A DNA stretch of 64,000 nt from Candidatus Bathyarchaeota archaeon (lineage in GTDB: Archaea > Thermoproteota > Bathyarchaeia > Bathyarchaeales > DTEX01), in assembly GCA_963714275.1 (NCBI GenBank), contig CAVQNT010000003.1, positions 64,001-128,000 of the forward strand, in the 5' to 3' direction. Made by a program: the position numbers and the translations under genes. This document shows, one piece after another, positions 22,484 to 34,102 of this stretch (positions are counted from its first letter, which is position 1; every line of letters begins with the position of its first letter). Below the pieces are notes generated by a model. The model made no database searches and had not been told where the DNA came from. It was given only the letters and a program-made list of their open reading frames with translations.

Positions 22484-23056
22484 ATGAAAAAATATAAGTC
22501 AATAGCATTTTTAGGCGGAGCCGACATCAAGCCGGAAGACCAAACCTACAAAGATGCCTATATGACGGCGAAGTATCTGGCTCAACTGGGCTTAACAATC
22601 TACAACGGCGGAGGACCAGGCGTGATGAGAGCATCAACCGAAGGCGCCAAATCAGCTGGAGGAAAAGTCATTGGAGTAACATATTACCCCAATGTGCCTC
22701 ATTCGAATTTTGAAGGAAAGGATCCCCAAAACGCCTTCGACGAGGAGATCAAGACATCAGATTATTTTGAACGAATAAAACAACTGCTAGTATTAAGTGA
22801 CATCCACATCGTCTTCAGAGGAGGAACCGGAACAATATCTGAGTTTGGCATGGCTTGGGCTGCCTCTAGGATTCGTGCTGGTCAAGAAAGACCCATTATC
22901 CTTTTTGGAGGGTTCTGGAAAACCATCATTGAGAACTTTAAGAGATACATGTACATGCGACCCGGCGAATTTCGACTGTATAAAATAGTAGAGTCTGTGG
23001 ATGAGGCTGTAGATGAAGTAAAACATCTTATCAGTTCAAAGGAAGAGGACGTATGA
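22484..23056 (+). CDS. LOG family protein
   Basis: GGGPGVMRA, GGKVIG, GGTGTISE. ATG 22484 preceded by AGGTGA. Confidence 0.87.
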   Translation: MKKYKSIAFLGGADIKPEDQTYKDAYMTAKYLAQLGLTIYNGGGPGVMRASTEGAKSAGGKVIGVTYYPNVPHSNFEGKDPQNAFDEEIKTSDYFERIKQLLVLSDIHIVFRGGTGTISEFGMAWAASRIRAGQERPIILFGGFWKTIIENFKRYMYMRPGEFRLYKIVESVDEAVDEVKHLISSKEEDV

Positions 23057-23154
23057 AGATGAACTGTACCTAGGAACTAACTAGCTAGTGATGTAGGATA
23101 AAAATATAAAGTCTAAATTACATATTAGAACATGCATAACAGTGTGAGAGATGA

Positions 23155-25130
23155 TTGTTTATGCCAAAAAAAACAGCCTTAACAACCTCATTGGTAATGA
23201 TACTCTTATTGACCTCAACGCCTTTTCTGTTTAAGCTTCCCATCGTACGTGCTCAGACTACTGAGATACCCAGAGAAGAAGCATTGTATATGGAATCTTG
23301 GGAAGATCCCACAGCCTTCAACCCATTCATTCCAAACATACCAGCTTTCCGCCCATTCCTTGAACCTTTATTCGTCTTCGATGCCTGGCACTTTAAACTT
23401 GTCCCTTGGCTTGCTGAAAGCAGCGAATGGATTAACGACCTAACCTTAAGGATTAAGCTCCACGACGGCACAAAGTGGAATGATGGCCAAAGCTTAACCT
23501 CAGCTGATATCAATTACACCTTCTGTTTGCCAATAAGGAAATCCGAAATTACAGGCGTCATCGCTGATTTGTGGACTTACCTAGACTCTATCACAGTTGT
23601 AAATTCCACAACAATAGATTTTGTTCTTAAAGCGGAAAATCCAAACAAATACATCTTGACACAAGCCCTAACCCAAATAGAGATTCTTCCAATGCACATA
23701 TGGACAGTAGCTGAAACACAGTATGCAAGCCTACTTGACTTTACGTATCTCGATAATCCAGTAGGATCCGGACCATACAAACTAATGTATTCATCTGCAT
23801 CTGAGCACAGAACCGTTTGGGTCAGGGACGACAATTATTGGGGTGAACAATACTTTGGCCTGCCACAACCAAAATACATAGTCAACATAGTTATCTCAAG
23901 TAATGAAATTGGGAACATGATGCTTGAAAAGGGAGAAATAGACTGGTCAGAATGCTTCATGCCGAATATTTGGGAACTTTGGGAAACTAAACATCTTGCC
24001 AGAGGATCATGGAGCACAGATCAACCATACTACATGCCTGTGCCATACATGACAGGACTTGTAATTTTTAATCACCTAAAGATTACGAATGACGACGCCC
24101 TTGCAAACCCAGAAGCTAGAAGGGCTATAGCTTTCGCTGTAGACTGGAATAAAGTATGCGACTTAGCATTCGCTAAGCTCACAACTCCAGCAAATCCGTC
24201 GATGCTGCCTGAGAATGTTCCAGAACTTGCTCAGTTCATAAATTCCACTGCCGTCGAAAAATATGGGTGGACCTTCAATGTTACAAGGGCTAATGAGATT
24301 CTTGATAGTCTAGGATATTCTATGGGAACAGATGGTTGGAGACATTATGCTAATGGCACGAAGATTGGGCCATATGAGCTGCTTATAGTTGAAGGTTGGA
24401 CCGATTGGGAGGGAGTGCAGAAATTTTCAAGGAGAACCTTATCAACGTAGGATTGGACATAACAGTGAAGTGAGTTGAAGACACCGCCTTTTTTGAGGAC
24501 ATTCAGAGTGGCGAATTCACCTTAACCTTTGATCAACCGTCAACATGGACTCCTGCAACGCCTTGGTACACTTACTACATAAACTTTGTTTCAAGAGCTT
24601 CACCAGCAGCTGGTAAACCAGCCTATGGAAACTGGGGAAGCTATAACAATACAAGGGTTGATGCTTTACTTGACGAAATTGCTAGGACAAATCCAGAAGA
24701 CGTGGAGACGTTAACTAACCTATATGGCGAACTGCAGTCAATAATATTAAAGGAACTTCCATACATAACTGGATGGTTCTATGGACCATTTTACATGTAT
24801 TCAGAAACCTACTGGACAAACTTCCCAAATAAAGACAACTCATATGCAGGCGCAGTTCCGTATTGGGATGGCTCTCACGGATCCTACCTGATGCTCTTCC
24901 GCCTGAAATCAACCATTACCCCCGCACCTCCCGTGATTCCAACGGAAATCATACAGGCTCTCAACCAAAGCATATTAGGACTCCAAGAAGATGTAGCGTC
25001 TCTCCAAGGGGATTTGACAACTCTACAAACCAATATGACTAATTTAGTCTACGGATCAATAGCCGTATCTGTCATTTCGGTGGTAATAGTGATAGTAGCT
25101 GTCATAAGATCCCGACGGGTTGAAGATTGA
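23155..25130 (+). CDS. ABC substrate-binding protein, family 5 (oligosaccharide/peptide), C-terminally anchored; frameshift ~24415 and in-frame TGA at 24471
   Basis: PWLAES, KWNDGQSLTSADI, PVGSGPY, GWTDWE. The intervening frame reads AEIFKENLINVGLDITVK*VED...GNWGSYNN. Ends in TM + RSRR. Confidence 0.88.
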
Positions 25131-26168
25131 CAAAAAAACGCGCAATTCCCCCTTTTTATTTATACTTAATCAAAAAAATAGTATTCTACATCATCACATA
25201 TTTCGTAGCCTTAACGATTACATTCATGATAGTCAGGCTCATGCCTGGAAACCCCATACAACAGCTCGTAAGTAGATTGGTAGCTGGAAGACAAAGGGGG
25301 ACAATTTACGGAGTCGACAAATTATATCTTCTTTTTATGGATAAATTCGGGCTTGATAAGCCATTAGATGAACAATTTATTCTATACATGCAGAACATGC
25401 TTACGTTCAACTTTGGATCAAGCATAATGTATTACCCAAGCACAGTATCTGACATAATTGAGGGTAGCCTACCATGGAGCCTCCTTATTCTTCTACCATC
25501 AATTATTGTAGGATTTGTCGTTGGGAATCAACTTGGCGCTATTGCTGCTCACAAGAAGAAATGGATGGATAACATCGTTTTTAACATCTCATTATTATTT
25601 TCCAATATTCCATATTACTGTTTGGCTTTGGTTCTTCTCTACTTGTTCGCATTCATATGGCCCATCTTTCCAATAGGAGGTGGCTATCCGTTTGGCAGAA
25701 CTGGCTTCTCCTTAACATTTGAATGGATCGCTGGTTATCTTTACCATTACATTCTGCCCTTCCTTTCTTTGGTTTTAATAAACATTGGGGGGCAAGCAAT
25801 CGGCATGAGAGTTATGATGATATATGAGTCTAACTCTGACTACTTTTTTTACTCTAAACAGCTGAGGTCTAGGCGAAAAAAAGCTTGTAAACTACGCTTA
25901 TAGAAACGCCATTCTCCCCCAGATTACTGGATTAGCCCTATCTTTTGGCTCAATTTTTAGCGGATCTTTAGTTACCGAGATAGTTTTCAATTATCCGGGC
26001 GTTGGTCTCGGATTGTACAATGCGATTCTAAGAGAGGACTATCCCTTAATTCAGGGTTACTTCGCTGTTATAACACTTACAACATTACTTGCCAACTTCA
26101 TTATGGATTTGCTCTACATGGTCATCGACCCAAGAATCAGATCTACCTATGCAGGAGAAAAAACATGA
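25127..26168 (+). CDS. ABC permease (DppB/OppB-like); frameshift ~25863
   Basis: RLMPGNP, FGLDKPL. The corrected frame gives YAYRNAILPQITG...EIVFNYPGVG...DPRIR. Confidence 0.88.
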
Positions 26169-26998
26169 AACTCAATCACCCTTTGTTAAGGTCAAAAAAG
26201 TTTCTTGTTGGAATAGGTACTTTTCTATTTTTCATCATCTTAGCGGCAGTTGGATCATGGCTTATGCCTAACCCAAAAGCTATGATAGACTTGCCTTGGA
26301 AACCTCCGTCATTCGAAAGAATTTTAGGAACTGATCTTTTTGGTAGAGACGTCTTCTCCTTATTTGCACATGGTTTGGATATGTCTATAAGAATAGGCGT
26401 CATTTCTGGCATCGGAGTTACATTACTTGGGGTCATAATTGGAGCCGTAGCTGGCTATAAAGGTGGATGGGTCGACGACTTACTAATGAGCATAACGAAT
26501 ATAATGCTCGTAATACCTAGTTTGGCCTTGCTTATTGTGATAGACTGCTTTTCTTAAGATAAGAAACGAAATGTTCTTGGCATTCATGATTGCGATTTTT
26601 TCATGGCCATGGACAGCAAGGTCCATAAGATCTCAGACTTTATCTCTAAAAGCAAGGGAATTTGTTGACCTACCTCGAATTCGGGGTTGTCAGAATTTGA
26701 GATAATAATCCAAGACATATTGCCAAACATGCTTTCCTATGTTTTCATGTGTTTTGTTCTTCAGATGGCAAGCGGAATACTTTCAGAAACAGGCTTAAGC
26801 ATGATAGGCTTAGGACCAACGGACATCGTTTCTCTTGGGATGATACTGAGATGGGCTCTTCTTTGGGAATCTGTAAGATTAGGAAAATGGTGGGTCTTCA
26901 TTCCTCCCACAATAGCCATAACCCTATTGACAACATCTCTTCTTCTCATAAATACTGCGATGGACGAAGTTTTTAACCCAAGAATGAGAAAAATGTAA
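26165..26998 (+). CDS. ABC permease (DppC/OppC-like); frameshifts ~26543 and ~26680
   Basis: LGTDLFGRDV, AGYKGG, ILPNM, DEVFNPRMR. Confidence 0.88.
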
Positions 26999-27013
26999 TG
27001 ACGAGGGGAGATA

Positions 27014-27982
27014 ATGTCAATATTAACGGCTGAGAACCTAAAAGTCTATTATAAACTTTTAGATGGCGATGTCAAAGCAGTTGAGGATGCGACGTTCACA
27101 TTAATGAACGGGGAAATTCTGGGAATAGCAGGAGAATCAGGATGCGGAAAATCAACACTGGCTGCAACGCTTTCATTAATTATACTTCCACCTCTTCAAT
27201 TAATTAATGGAAAACTTTACACCGAAGATGGAAAAGACATATTCAAGCTTTCAGAAAGAACACTTAGAAGAGACATACGCGGAAAGTACATAACTTTGAT
27301 TCCTCAAAGCGCCATGAACGCTTTGAATCCTACAAAAAAGATAAAGGACCTTGTCATCGACGCTATTATTGCCCATTATCCAAGGATGCACAAGGAGGAA
27401 ATTCTAAACACATCTAAAAAACGATTTGAAGAAATGGGTTTACCAGTTAGGGTTTTGGAGTCGTATTCTTTTGAGCTTAGCGGAGGAATGAAGCAGAGAA
27501 CAATCATAGCCATTTCTTCTCTCCTTAATCCTAAAGTGCTTATAGCAGATGAACCAACTTCAGCACTTGACGTTTCAACCCAAAAAACCGTTCTCACCCT
27601 TTTATTAAAATTGAAGAAGAGTAAGGCTGTTCAAAGCATAGTATTCATCACTCATGATATTGCTGTACTAAGACAAATTGCCGAGAGAGTGATGATAATG
27701 TATGCCGGAGTAATAGTTGAGATAGGCAACGTCGACGATGTTATTTTTAATCCACTTCACCCTTACTCTAAAGGGCTCATGCCAACTGTGATTGTGCCTG
27801 AACCAGAAATCAAAAAAAGAGTGTCAGCTGGAATTCCAGGAGCGCCACCAAACCTTAAAGATCCCCCAACAGGCTGTAGATTCCATCCAAGATGTACTCA
27901 GGTTATGCCAAAATGCAAACTAGAAACCCCAACACCATCAATAGTAGATGGTAGAACCATTAGGTGTTGGCTTTACAATTAG
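27014..27982 (+). CDS. ABC ATP-binding protein (DppD/OppD-like)
   Basis: GESGCGKST, LSGGMKQR, ADEPTSALD, GCRFHPRC. Confidence 0.95.
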   Translation: MSILTAENLKVYYKLLDGDVKAVEDATFTLMNGEILGIAGESGCGKSTLAATLSLIILPPLQLINGKLYTEDGKDIFKLSERTLRRDIRGKYITLIPQSAMNALNPTKKIKDLVIDAIIAHYPRMHKEEILNTSKKRFEEMGLPVRVLESYSFELSGGMKQRTIIAISSLLNPKVLIADEPTSALDVSTQKTVLTLLLKLKKSKAVQSIVFITHDIAVLRQIAERVMIMYAGVIVEIGNVDDVIFNPLHPYSKGLMPTVIVPEPEIKKRVSAGIPGAPPNLKDPPTGCRFHPRCTQVMPKCKLETPTPSIVDGRTIRCWLYN

Positions 27983-27990
27983 GTGATTCA

Positions 27991-28800
27991 ATGACAAACG
28001 AGATTGTTCTAGAAACACAGAAACTAACTAAGATATATGAGTCAGGGCTATTTAGAAAAAGATCCATCATCGCTCTCGACAACGTATCATTTCAGCTTAG
28101 CAAGAGAGAAGTAATTTCTTTAGTGGGTGAAAGCGGTAGTGGCAAGACCACTGTAGCAAAAATAATACTTAAATTACTTCGACCAACTAACGGTAAAGTC
28201 CTCTATAGAAATAAAGACATATCAGAATTCAAAAAAAAGAGCGAACATACAGAATATTGGCGGCATGTGCAGGGCATTTTCCAAGACCCATATGCCTCGT
28301 TCAACCTCTTCTATAAGGTTGACAGAGTCCTCAACATGATTTTTAAACTATTTGACAAGCTCCCTAACAAAGATGAAAGAAATACAATGGTAAGATCCTC
28401 ATTAAAAATGGTCGGCTTAAACGCTGACGAAATACTAGGAAAATATCCGCATCAACTGAGTGGCGGACAACGACAACGTGTGCTAATAGCTCGAAGCCTG
28501 ATAGTCAACCCCGAAATCTTAATAGCTGATGAACCTACAAGTATGATTGACGCCTCAACAAGGGTCGATATTCTTAAAGCATTTCTTGATCTCAAAGAAA
28601 AAAATGGATTATCTATTATATTCATTACACATGACCTAGGTTTAGCCTACTACATAAGCGACAGAATTATCGTCATGCAAACAGGCCATATAGTAGAAGA
28701 AGGAAAAGCTGATGACATAATAAATAATCCAAGACATGACTACACAAAAAATCTCTTATCATCCATACCAACCCTAAGCAAGAAATGGGAAGAGGTTTAA
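27991..28800 (+). CDS. ABC ATP-binding protein (DppF/OppF-like)
   Basis: GESGSGKTT, LSGGQRQR, ADEPTSMID. ATG 27991 follows AGGTGA. Confidence 0.95.
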   Translation: MTNEIVLETQKLTKIYESGLFRKRSIIALDNVSFQLSKREVISLVGESGSGKTTVAKIILKLLRPTNGKVLYRNKDISEFKKKSEHTEYWRHVQGIFQDPYASFNLFYKVDRVLNMIFKLFDKLPNKDERNTMVRSSLKMVGLNADEILGKYPHQLSGGQRQRVLIARSLIVNPEILIADEPTSMIDASTRVDILKAFLDLKEKNGLSIIFITHDLGLAYYISDRIIVMQTGHIVEEGKADDIINNPRHDYTKNLLSSIPTLSKKWEEV

Positions 28801-28801
28801 C

Positions 28802-30742
28802 ATGAACCCTATAGAGTTAGGTAAAGACTACTTCATAAAAGGGAAGCGATGTTTCTTTTTAGTCGGTACAAATTATATGCCGAGGAAATCCTTCTATCGT
28901 ATGTGGGAAGAATGGGAACCATCTCAAATTGAAGAAGACTTTAAACAGTTAAAGGATCTAGGAGTTGAAGCTTTAAGGATTCCGCTTTTTTGGAGTTCCG
29001 TTGAACCTGAAGAAGGCGTTATAAGCCCCACATTTTTAGAAAGATTCGACAAATTCCTTGAAATAGCATGCAAATACGGCGTGTACGTTATGCCCTTCCT
29101 CTTTGTAGGTGTATGTGTTGATTTATGGGACATTCCGTGGAGACAGAGTAGAAACATATACAAAGACCCTGAAATGATGAGACTCGAATGCAAACAGGCT
29201 GAAATTTTAGCATCTAGATATGCCAATAATCACACTATAATTGCCTGGGACATAAGTGACGAACCATACTATTATGCAGGAGTCACAGACACAGAAACAG
29301 CGACTAATTGGGTCTCAAGTATTTATAAAGCAATAAAGTCTTGCGACAAAAACCATCCAGTCACTCTTGGATTCGATAACAACCACATAGTAGAAGATAC
29401 AGGATTTCAAATTGAAAAACTGGCTCCATACCAAGACTTCTTCTCCTTATGCGCATACCCAATATATGGTTTAAAAACGCCTGAAGCTCACACTTCAACT
29501 CGGTCAACCTACTTTACTTCCTTCTTCATAAAATTCAGTGATGTTGGGAAACCGGTTTTACTTTCGGAAGGTCCAAGTACAACAACAGTGTGGACTTCAC
29601 TTGAAAGAGCTGGCAACTATTACAAAGTGGTCATGTATTCAAGTTTCATAAACAACTCAATAGGCGTAATGCCTTGGATACTTTATGACTACAGTACTGA
29701 TCATCATAACAAATTTCCTCTCGATGACAAACCATTCGAAACCTCCTTTGGGATACTGACAAGCTCAGGAGAGAAAAAGCCTCCCGCAGAAGAGTTAAAA
29801 AAAATTTGCTCAAGTAATAAAAAAAATTGACCTTGAAAAATTTCATTTCAGAAAACCTGAGGCAGGATTGTTAATACCTAAAGATTACTACAAACATGTA
29901 AAAACAGTCTGGCCAAGACTTTTTGAAGCCTATATCCTGGCTAAGGAAGCCCATATTGAACTGGACCTAATACGTGAAGGAGTAGACCTCACAAGTTATA
30001 AGCTCATTATTATTCCCAGCAGCCTCGTTCTGAGAACCTCATCATGGTATGCCCTTAAAAGATATGTGGAACAAAATGGAAACCTCTACTTTTCTTATGG
30101 TGGCTCATGGATTGGCTCTCCAAATCCTCTTGGCCCATTCTTCAATGAAATATTCGGTGTTCAACTTCAAGACAGAATCAGCTCCTATGCCATCTGAGCC
30201 ATTATTGTTCACGAAAGACTGGATGAGTTAAAGGGGAATAAGTTTGAGTATCCAAAAACTGATGGAGCATCCTGTTTAGAGGTAGAACCCAATAAAGGGC
30301 GCGTAATCGCATACGACAGCCATAAAAATCCCGCCATAATAGTCAACAAGCAGAAAGGAAAGGGTACAACCATGTTGGTTTCGCACCCAATTGAATCCTA
30401 TCTCAGCGTTCTCCCGGATGCTTACTTATCGGATAAAACATTTTTGATTTATGAAGCCTTGAAGAAGGCGGCTAAGTCTCTTGTCCTATTACATGCTATA
30501 ATCCTTTCATTGAGGCAGGCTGGATGGAGACTGATGACAAAGATGAAGCTGTCATTATCCTGATTAACCATGAAAGAGTCAAAATAAAAACATCTATTTT
30601 ATTGAATCAAGTCTGGCAACTTACATCCTTTCTCAATGGTAAAGGTTTCAAAGTCGGTGCCAAAGAAAATAAGACATTAATGAGATTGAGTTTTTCCCCC
30701 AGCGAAGTAAAAATTTTCCAAGCAATTCGTCGAGACACTTAA
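28802..30742 (+). CDS. Clan GH-A glycoside hydrolase (GH5/GH42-like) with beta-galactosidase trimerisation-like domain; several frameshifts
   Basis: GTNYMPR, LRIPLFWSSVEP, WDISDEP (acid/base), KPVLLSEG (nucleophile), FETSFG. Fragments 29868-30197, 30372-30563 and 30524-30742 continue the protein. Confidence 0.78.
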
Positions 30743-30760
30743 TTTTGAATTGACATCAAA

Positions 30761-31826
30761 TTGGTGAACATAACTATGAAAACTCCTTTTCAAAGTGAGA
30801 TTGATGAACAAGGAGAAGCCTTACGAAGAATGATTACATTCTACGGGCAAGAAGGCACCAGACTGCTAAAGAAATGGAAGAAACTGTTAAGTAAAATGGA
30901 TGGTAACTTACTTTTCGCTGGCATGGGGACATCATTTTTTTCGCCTTTTGTGATCAAACCGTTGCTCGCATCGAAAGGTATTATGGCTTCTATTTATGAG
31001 GCTGGTGAGCTTCTCCATTATGAACTGAAAGCTGTTCACAAAAATGACTTAATTGTGCTGATTTCACAATCAGGAGAAAGCATTGAAACATGTAAGGTGG
31101 CAGAACAACTGAATAACACCTGCCCAATAGTAGCGATTGTAAATAATGAGAATAGTACATTAGCCAGACATGGAGATCTAGTGCTACCCTTGGTGGCTGG
31201 AGAAGAGAAGAGCATTACAACAAAAACTTACACCAACACCCTTGGACTCCTAAATATGATGGGAGTGACTGCTGTTTCTGGTGACCTAGAAAAGGAACTG
31301 AACTCCTTAACAGAGGCTTCATTTCACATGGACAGACTTTCTTGAAAGTCGAGCTGAAGAAGTAACGCTTGCAGCAAAGAGACTTGAAAATGCTAATGTT
31401 ATCCATTTTCTTTCGCGAGGTCCATCTATGGCTGGGGCTTTTCAAGGAGCTTTGACATTCATGGAGGGAGCTCGTATGACAGCTTTAGCTATGCCCTGTG
31501 GCAGTTTTCGTCATGGCCCCTTTGAACTTGTTCGTGAAGGGCACCACGCAATTGTTTATGTTCCATCTTCCCAGAATGGAAGGCTAATCATAAAAATGGT
31601 TTCTGAGATGGCTGATAAAGGCAGTCGTATAGTGGCTTTTTCTGCTAACACTAAAAGGATAAAAAGGACTGAAGTTTTTGAGATAACTTTCCAAAACATT
31701 GATGATAGACACCTTTCTATTGCCGCAGCCACTCCGCAAGAGCTCCTATTGGATAAGATTGCCTCTCTTCGGGGCTTAACCTGTGGAGTGTTTGAGCACG
31801 GATCAAAAATAACAATGGTGGAATGA
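30761..31826 (+). CDS. Double SIS-domain sugar-phosphate isomerase/deaminase (GlmD/FrlB-like); frameshift ~31335
   Basis: GMGTS, ISQSGES, EEKSITTKTY, FRHGPFE, SKIT. Confidence 0.85.
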
Positions 31827-31830
31827 AAGC

Positions 31831-32679
31831 TTGTACAATCTAGGAATTGATTTAGGAGGCACCAAAATAGCAGCAGGAGTTGTGAAAGGCAAATTTAAAC
31901 TTTTAAGTTTTGTTGAGTGTCCTACGGACGCCTTCTCCTCAAGAGACATAATTCTCAATAACATAGAAAAAACAGCAAGAATTGCAGTTGAAAAGGCTTA
32001 CCTAAGGTTCAACGATATTTCATTTACTGGTCTTGCCATACCCGCATGCCCTGAAGAAAATGGCACAGTTATGCCTGAGTGCCCAAATCTACCAAAGCTA
32101 GGACGAGTCAGAATAAGATCAATACTTATGAAACGTTTGGGATGTAAAGTCGCGTTAGAAAATGATGCTAAATGCTTCATACTCGGGGAATGGCTTGCCG
32201 GGGTCGCTAAAAAAACTATGAACATTGTAGGAGTCACTTTAGGAACTGGAATAGGAGTTGGACTTCTATTAAATGGACAACTTTACCGAGGCTATCACTG
32301 GTATTCAGGAGAAGTTTGGGACCAACCTATGCTTGAAGGAGGAATCATCGAAGACAGAATCTCAGGAAGAAACTTAGCCAAAAATGCAGGAGCAGCATCA
32401 GGCAAGAATGTCGTACAAATGGCTCGTAAAGGAGATCAAAATGCCCTTAAACTGATTGGTTCTTACGGACGTAATGTAGGTTGGCTCCTATCCTTCATAG
32501 GGCGATTGCTTGATCCGGAACTTTTTGTTCTTGGAGGTTCATTAGCAGAAGCCTATGATTTGTTTAGGAAAGACATTGACATTTTCATAAAGGAACGATG
32601 GGAGATTCGTGTAAGTAAGCTAGGCCATAAGGCTCCAGTGATTGGAGTGCTATGCTTTTACAACATCCGTATCCAGTGA
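31831..32679 (+). CDS. ROK family sugar kinase
   Basis: GIDLGGTK, ENDA, TLGTGIGVG. Confidence 0.9.
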   Translation: MYNLGIDLGGTKIAAGVVKGKFKLLSFVECPTDAFSSRDIILNNIEKTARIAVEKAYLRFNDISFTGLAIPACPEENGTVMPECPNLPKLGRVRIRSILMKRLGCKVALENDAKCFILGEWLAGVAKKTMNIVGVTLGTGIGVGLLLNGQLYRGYHWYSGEVWDQPMLEGGIIEDRISGRNLAKNAGAASGKNVVQMARKGDQNALKLIGSYGRNVGWLLSFIGRLLDPELFVLGGSLAEAYDLFRKDIDIFIKERWEIRVSKLGHKAPVIGVLCFYNIRIQ

Positions 32680-32891
32680 AGCTGAATAACAATATTTTAT
32701 AATTGCAGGCTTCCTCAATAATTCTATAAAAAAATTACGAAGATAGGACTGTCTATCCATAATTGAATCGATGAAAGAGCCAAGCTGAAAAAGATTGTAG
32801 AAAGAGATGGCTGATAAAAACAAAGTTTTTTTCCATAATTTTAAATATTGTTGAGGGTTTGAACAGCCATTAGTGGATGGAAGACTCCTAA

Positions 32892-33752
32892 ATGATTTCA
32901 AAGAAAATTCTTTTTGTTATCCTTACGTTTGTGGTGGTTCTCTCCATAAGTGTCGTGGCAATCAAGCTCTGGCCTCAAGCTGCGCTCTTCAAGGAGTCCT
33001 TTGAGTTCGATGGCCTGACGCGAACCTATTTGGTCAACGTTCCATCAAGATACGACGATAATATGCCTACACCCTTGGTAATAGTGCTGCATGGATATAC
33101 AGGAACTGCGGAAGGCATGGAAACTTTGACAGGATTCACCACAAAATCAGATGAGGAAGGTTTCATTGTAGTCTATCCGCAAGGACTGGTTCAACGTTGG
33201 AACGTGGGATTTGGAACCCTAAAATTTGACACTGACGACGTCGGCTTCATCAATGAACTCATTAACAGGCTAGAACAAAAATACGCAATCGACCCAAACA
33301 AAATCTACGTTACAGGATTCTCAAATGGCGCAATGATGGCGTACCTTCTGGGAGCCGCGCTCTCGGACAAGATAGCCGCTATCGCTCCAGTCGCAGGCTC
33401 AATCGGCGCTATGATGAACAGTGTCCTTGAAATCATACCTGATCCTTCGCAACCAGTGTCCGTAATCGTCTTTCATGGCACAGCGGACACAAGCGTTCTC
33501 TACGAAGGTGACGGGTTCCTTTCAGTTGCTGAGTCAGCAGCTTTCTGGGTCAGGCATGACGGATGTTCCATAAATCCCCAGAATGAGACTATCTCTAACG
33601 GGCAAGTAATCAAGAGCGTCTACAGTGGTGGCACAAACGGCACAGAAGTCGTTTTATACACTATTGTAAATTTGGCTCACGATTGGCCAACTATGCCAAT
33701 AAAGGCTACTGACATAATCTGGGACTTCTTCATCAGCCACCCAAAACAATAG
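32892..33752 (+). CDS. Secreted/anchored alpha/beta-hydrolase esterase (LpqC/PHB-depolymerase-like)
   Basis: N-terminal TM, VLHG, VYPQG, GFSNGA nucleophile, HGTAD, HDWP. Confidence 0.9.
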   Translation: MISKKILFVILTFVVVLSISVVAIKLWPQAALFKESFEFDGLTRTYLVNVPSRYDDNMPTPLVIVLHGYTGTAEGMETLTGFTTKSDEEGFIVVYPQGLVQRWNVGFGTLKFDTDDVGFINELINRLEQKYAIDPNKIYVTGFSNGAMMAYLLGAALSDKIAAIAPVAGSIGAMMNSVLEIIPDPSQPVSVIVFHGTADTSVLYEGDGFLSVAESAAFWVRHDGCSINPQNETISNGQVIKSVYSGGTNGTEVVLYTIVNLAHDWPTMPIKATDIIWDFFISHPKQ

Positions 33753-33817
33753 GGGCTCTGAATCAAAAAAGCTAATTCCGATTCGTATTTAGTAAGTGAA
33801 GATAGTTAATTAACTAA

Positions 33818-34060
33818 ATTTTTATTTGTGTTTTTTTTTAGAGAGAGAGTGTATGTATATGTGAGTGAATGAGAGAAGGAAAGCAAGAGCGTATAAGTGA
33901 ATTTGTGTGTGGGTGGGGATTAAAATTTAATCTTTCTCTCTCTCTCTCGTCCTGTTACGTTCTATTCTCTACTGTTCTGTTCTGTTATATGTGCTCTCTA
34001 CACTCTACTCTACACTACTCTACTCTCACAACAAACAACAAACACAAATATAAAAATACA
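33818..34060. repeat. Dispersed element copy D: two-armed, hairpin-like ~240-bp element
   Basis: GA-rich left arm, central GGGG-ATTAAAATTTAAT-C (palindrome 33918-33932), CT/CA-rich right arm. Ends ATTTTTATTTGTGTTT and AAACACAAATATAAAAAT are imperfect inverted repeats. 33827-33937 recurs at 42503-42606. Confidence 0.75.
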
Positions 34061-34102
34061 AAAAGGCAAGAAAACTAATTATTTATCGCAGTTCTCCTTA
34101 TT

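Noticed and set aside
24471-24473. In-frame TGA in the ABC binding protein as selenocysteine or readthrough
   Set aside because: AAG TGA GTT is best explained as a miscalled AAG CTA GTT at an AGCT site. No catalytic Cys context or SECIS is evident.
23155-31826. Mass pseudogenisation or programmed frameshifting of the sugar locus
   Set aside because: Breaks track AGCT or homopolymers, also hit housekeeping-type genes such as PDCD5, and lack slippery-site signals, so they are probably sequencing artefacts.
33869-34078. Short ORFs over low-complexity DNA (also 42149-42355, 42452-42667, 45453-45641)
   Set aside because: They are translations of repeat arms or polypyrimidine tracts with no protein-like features.
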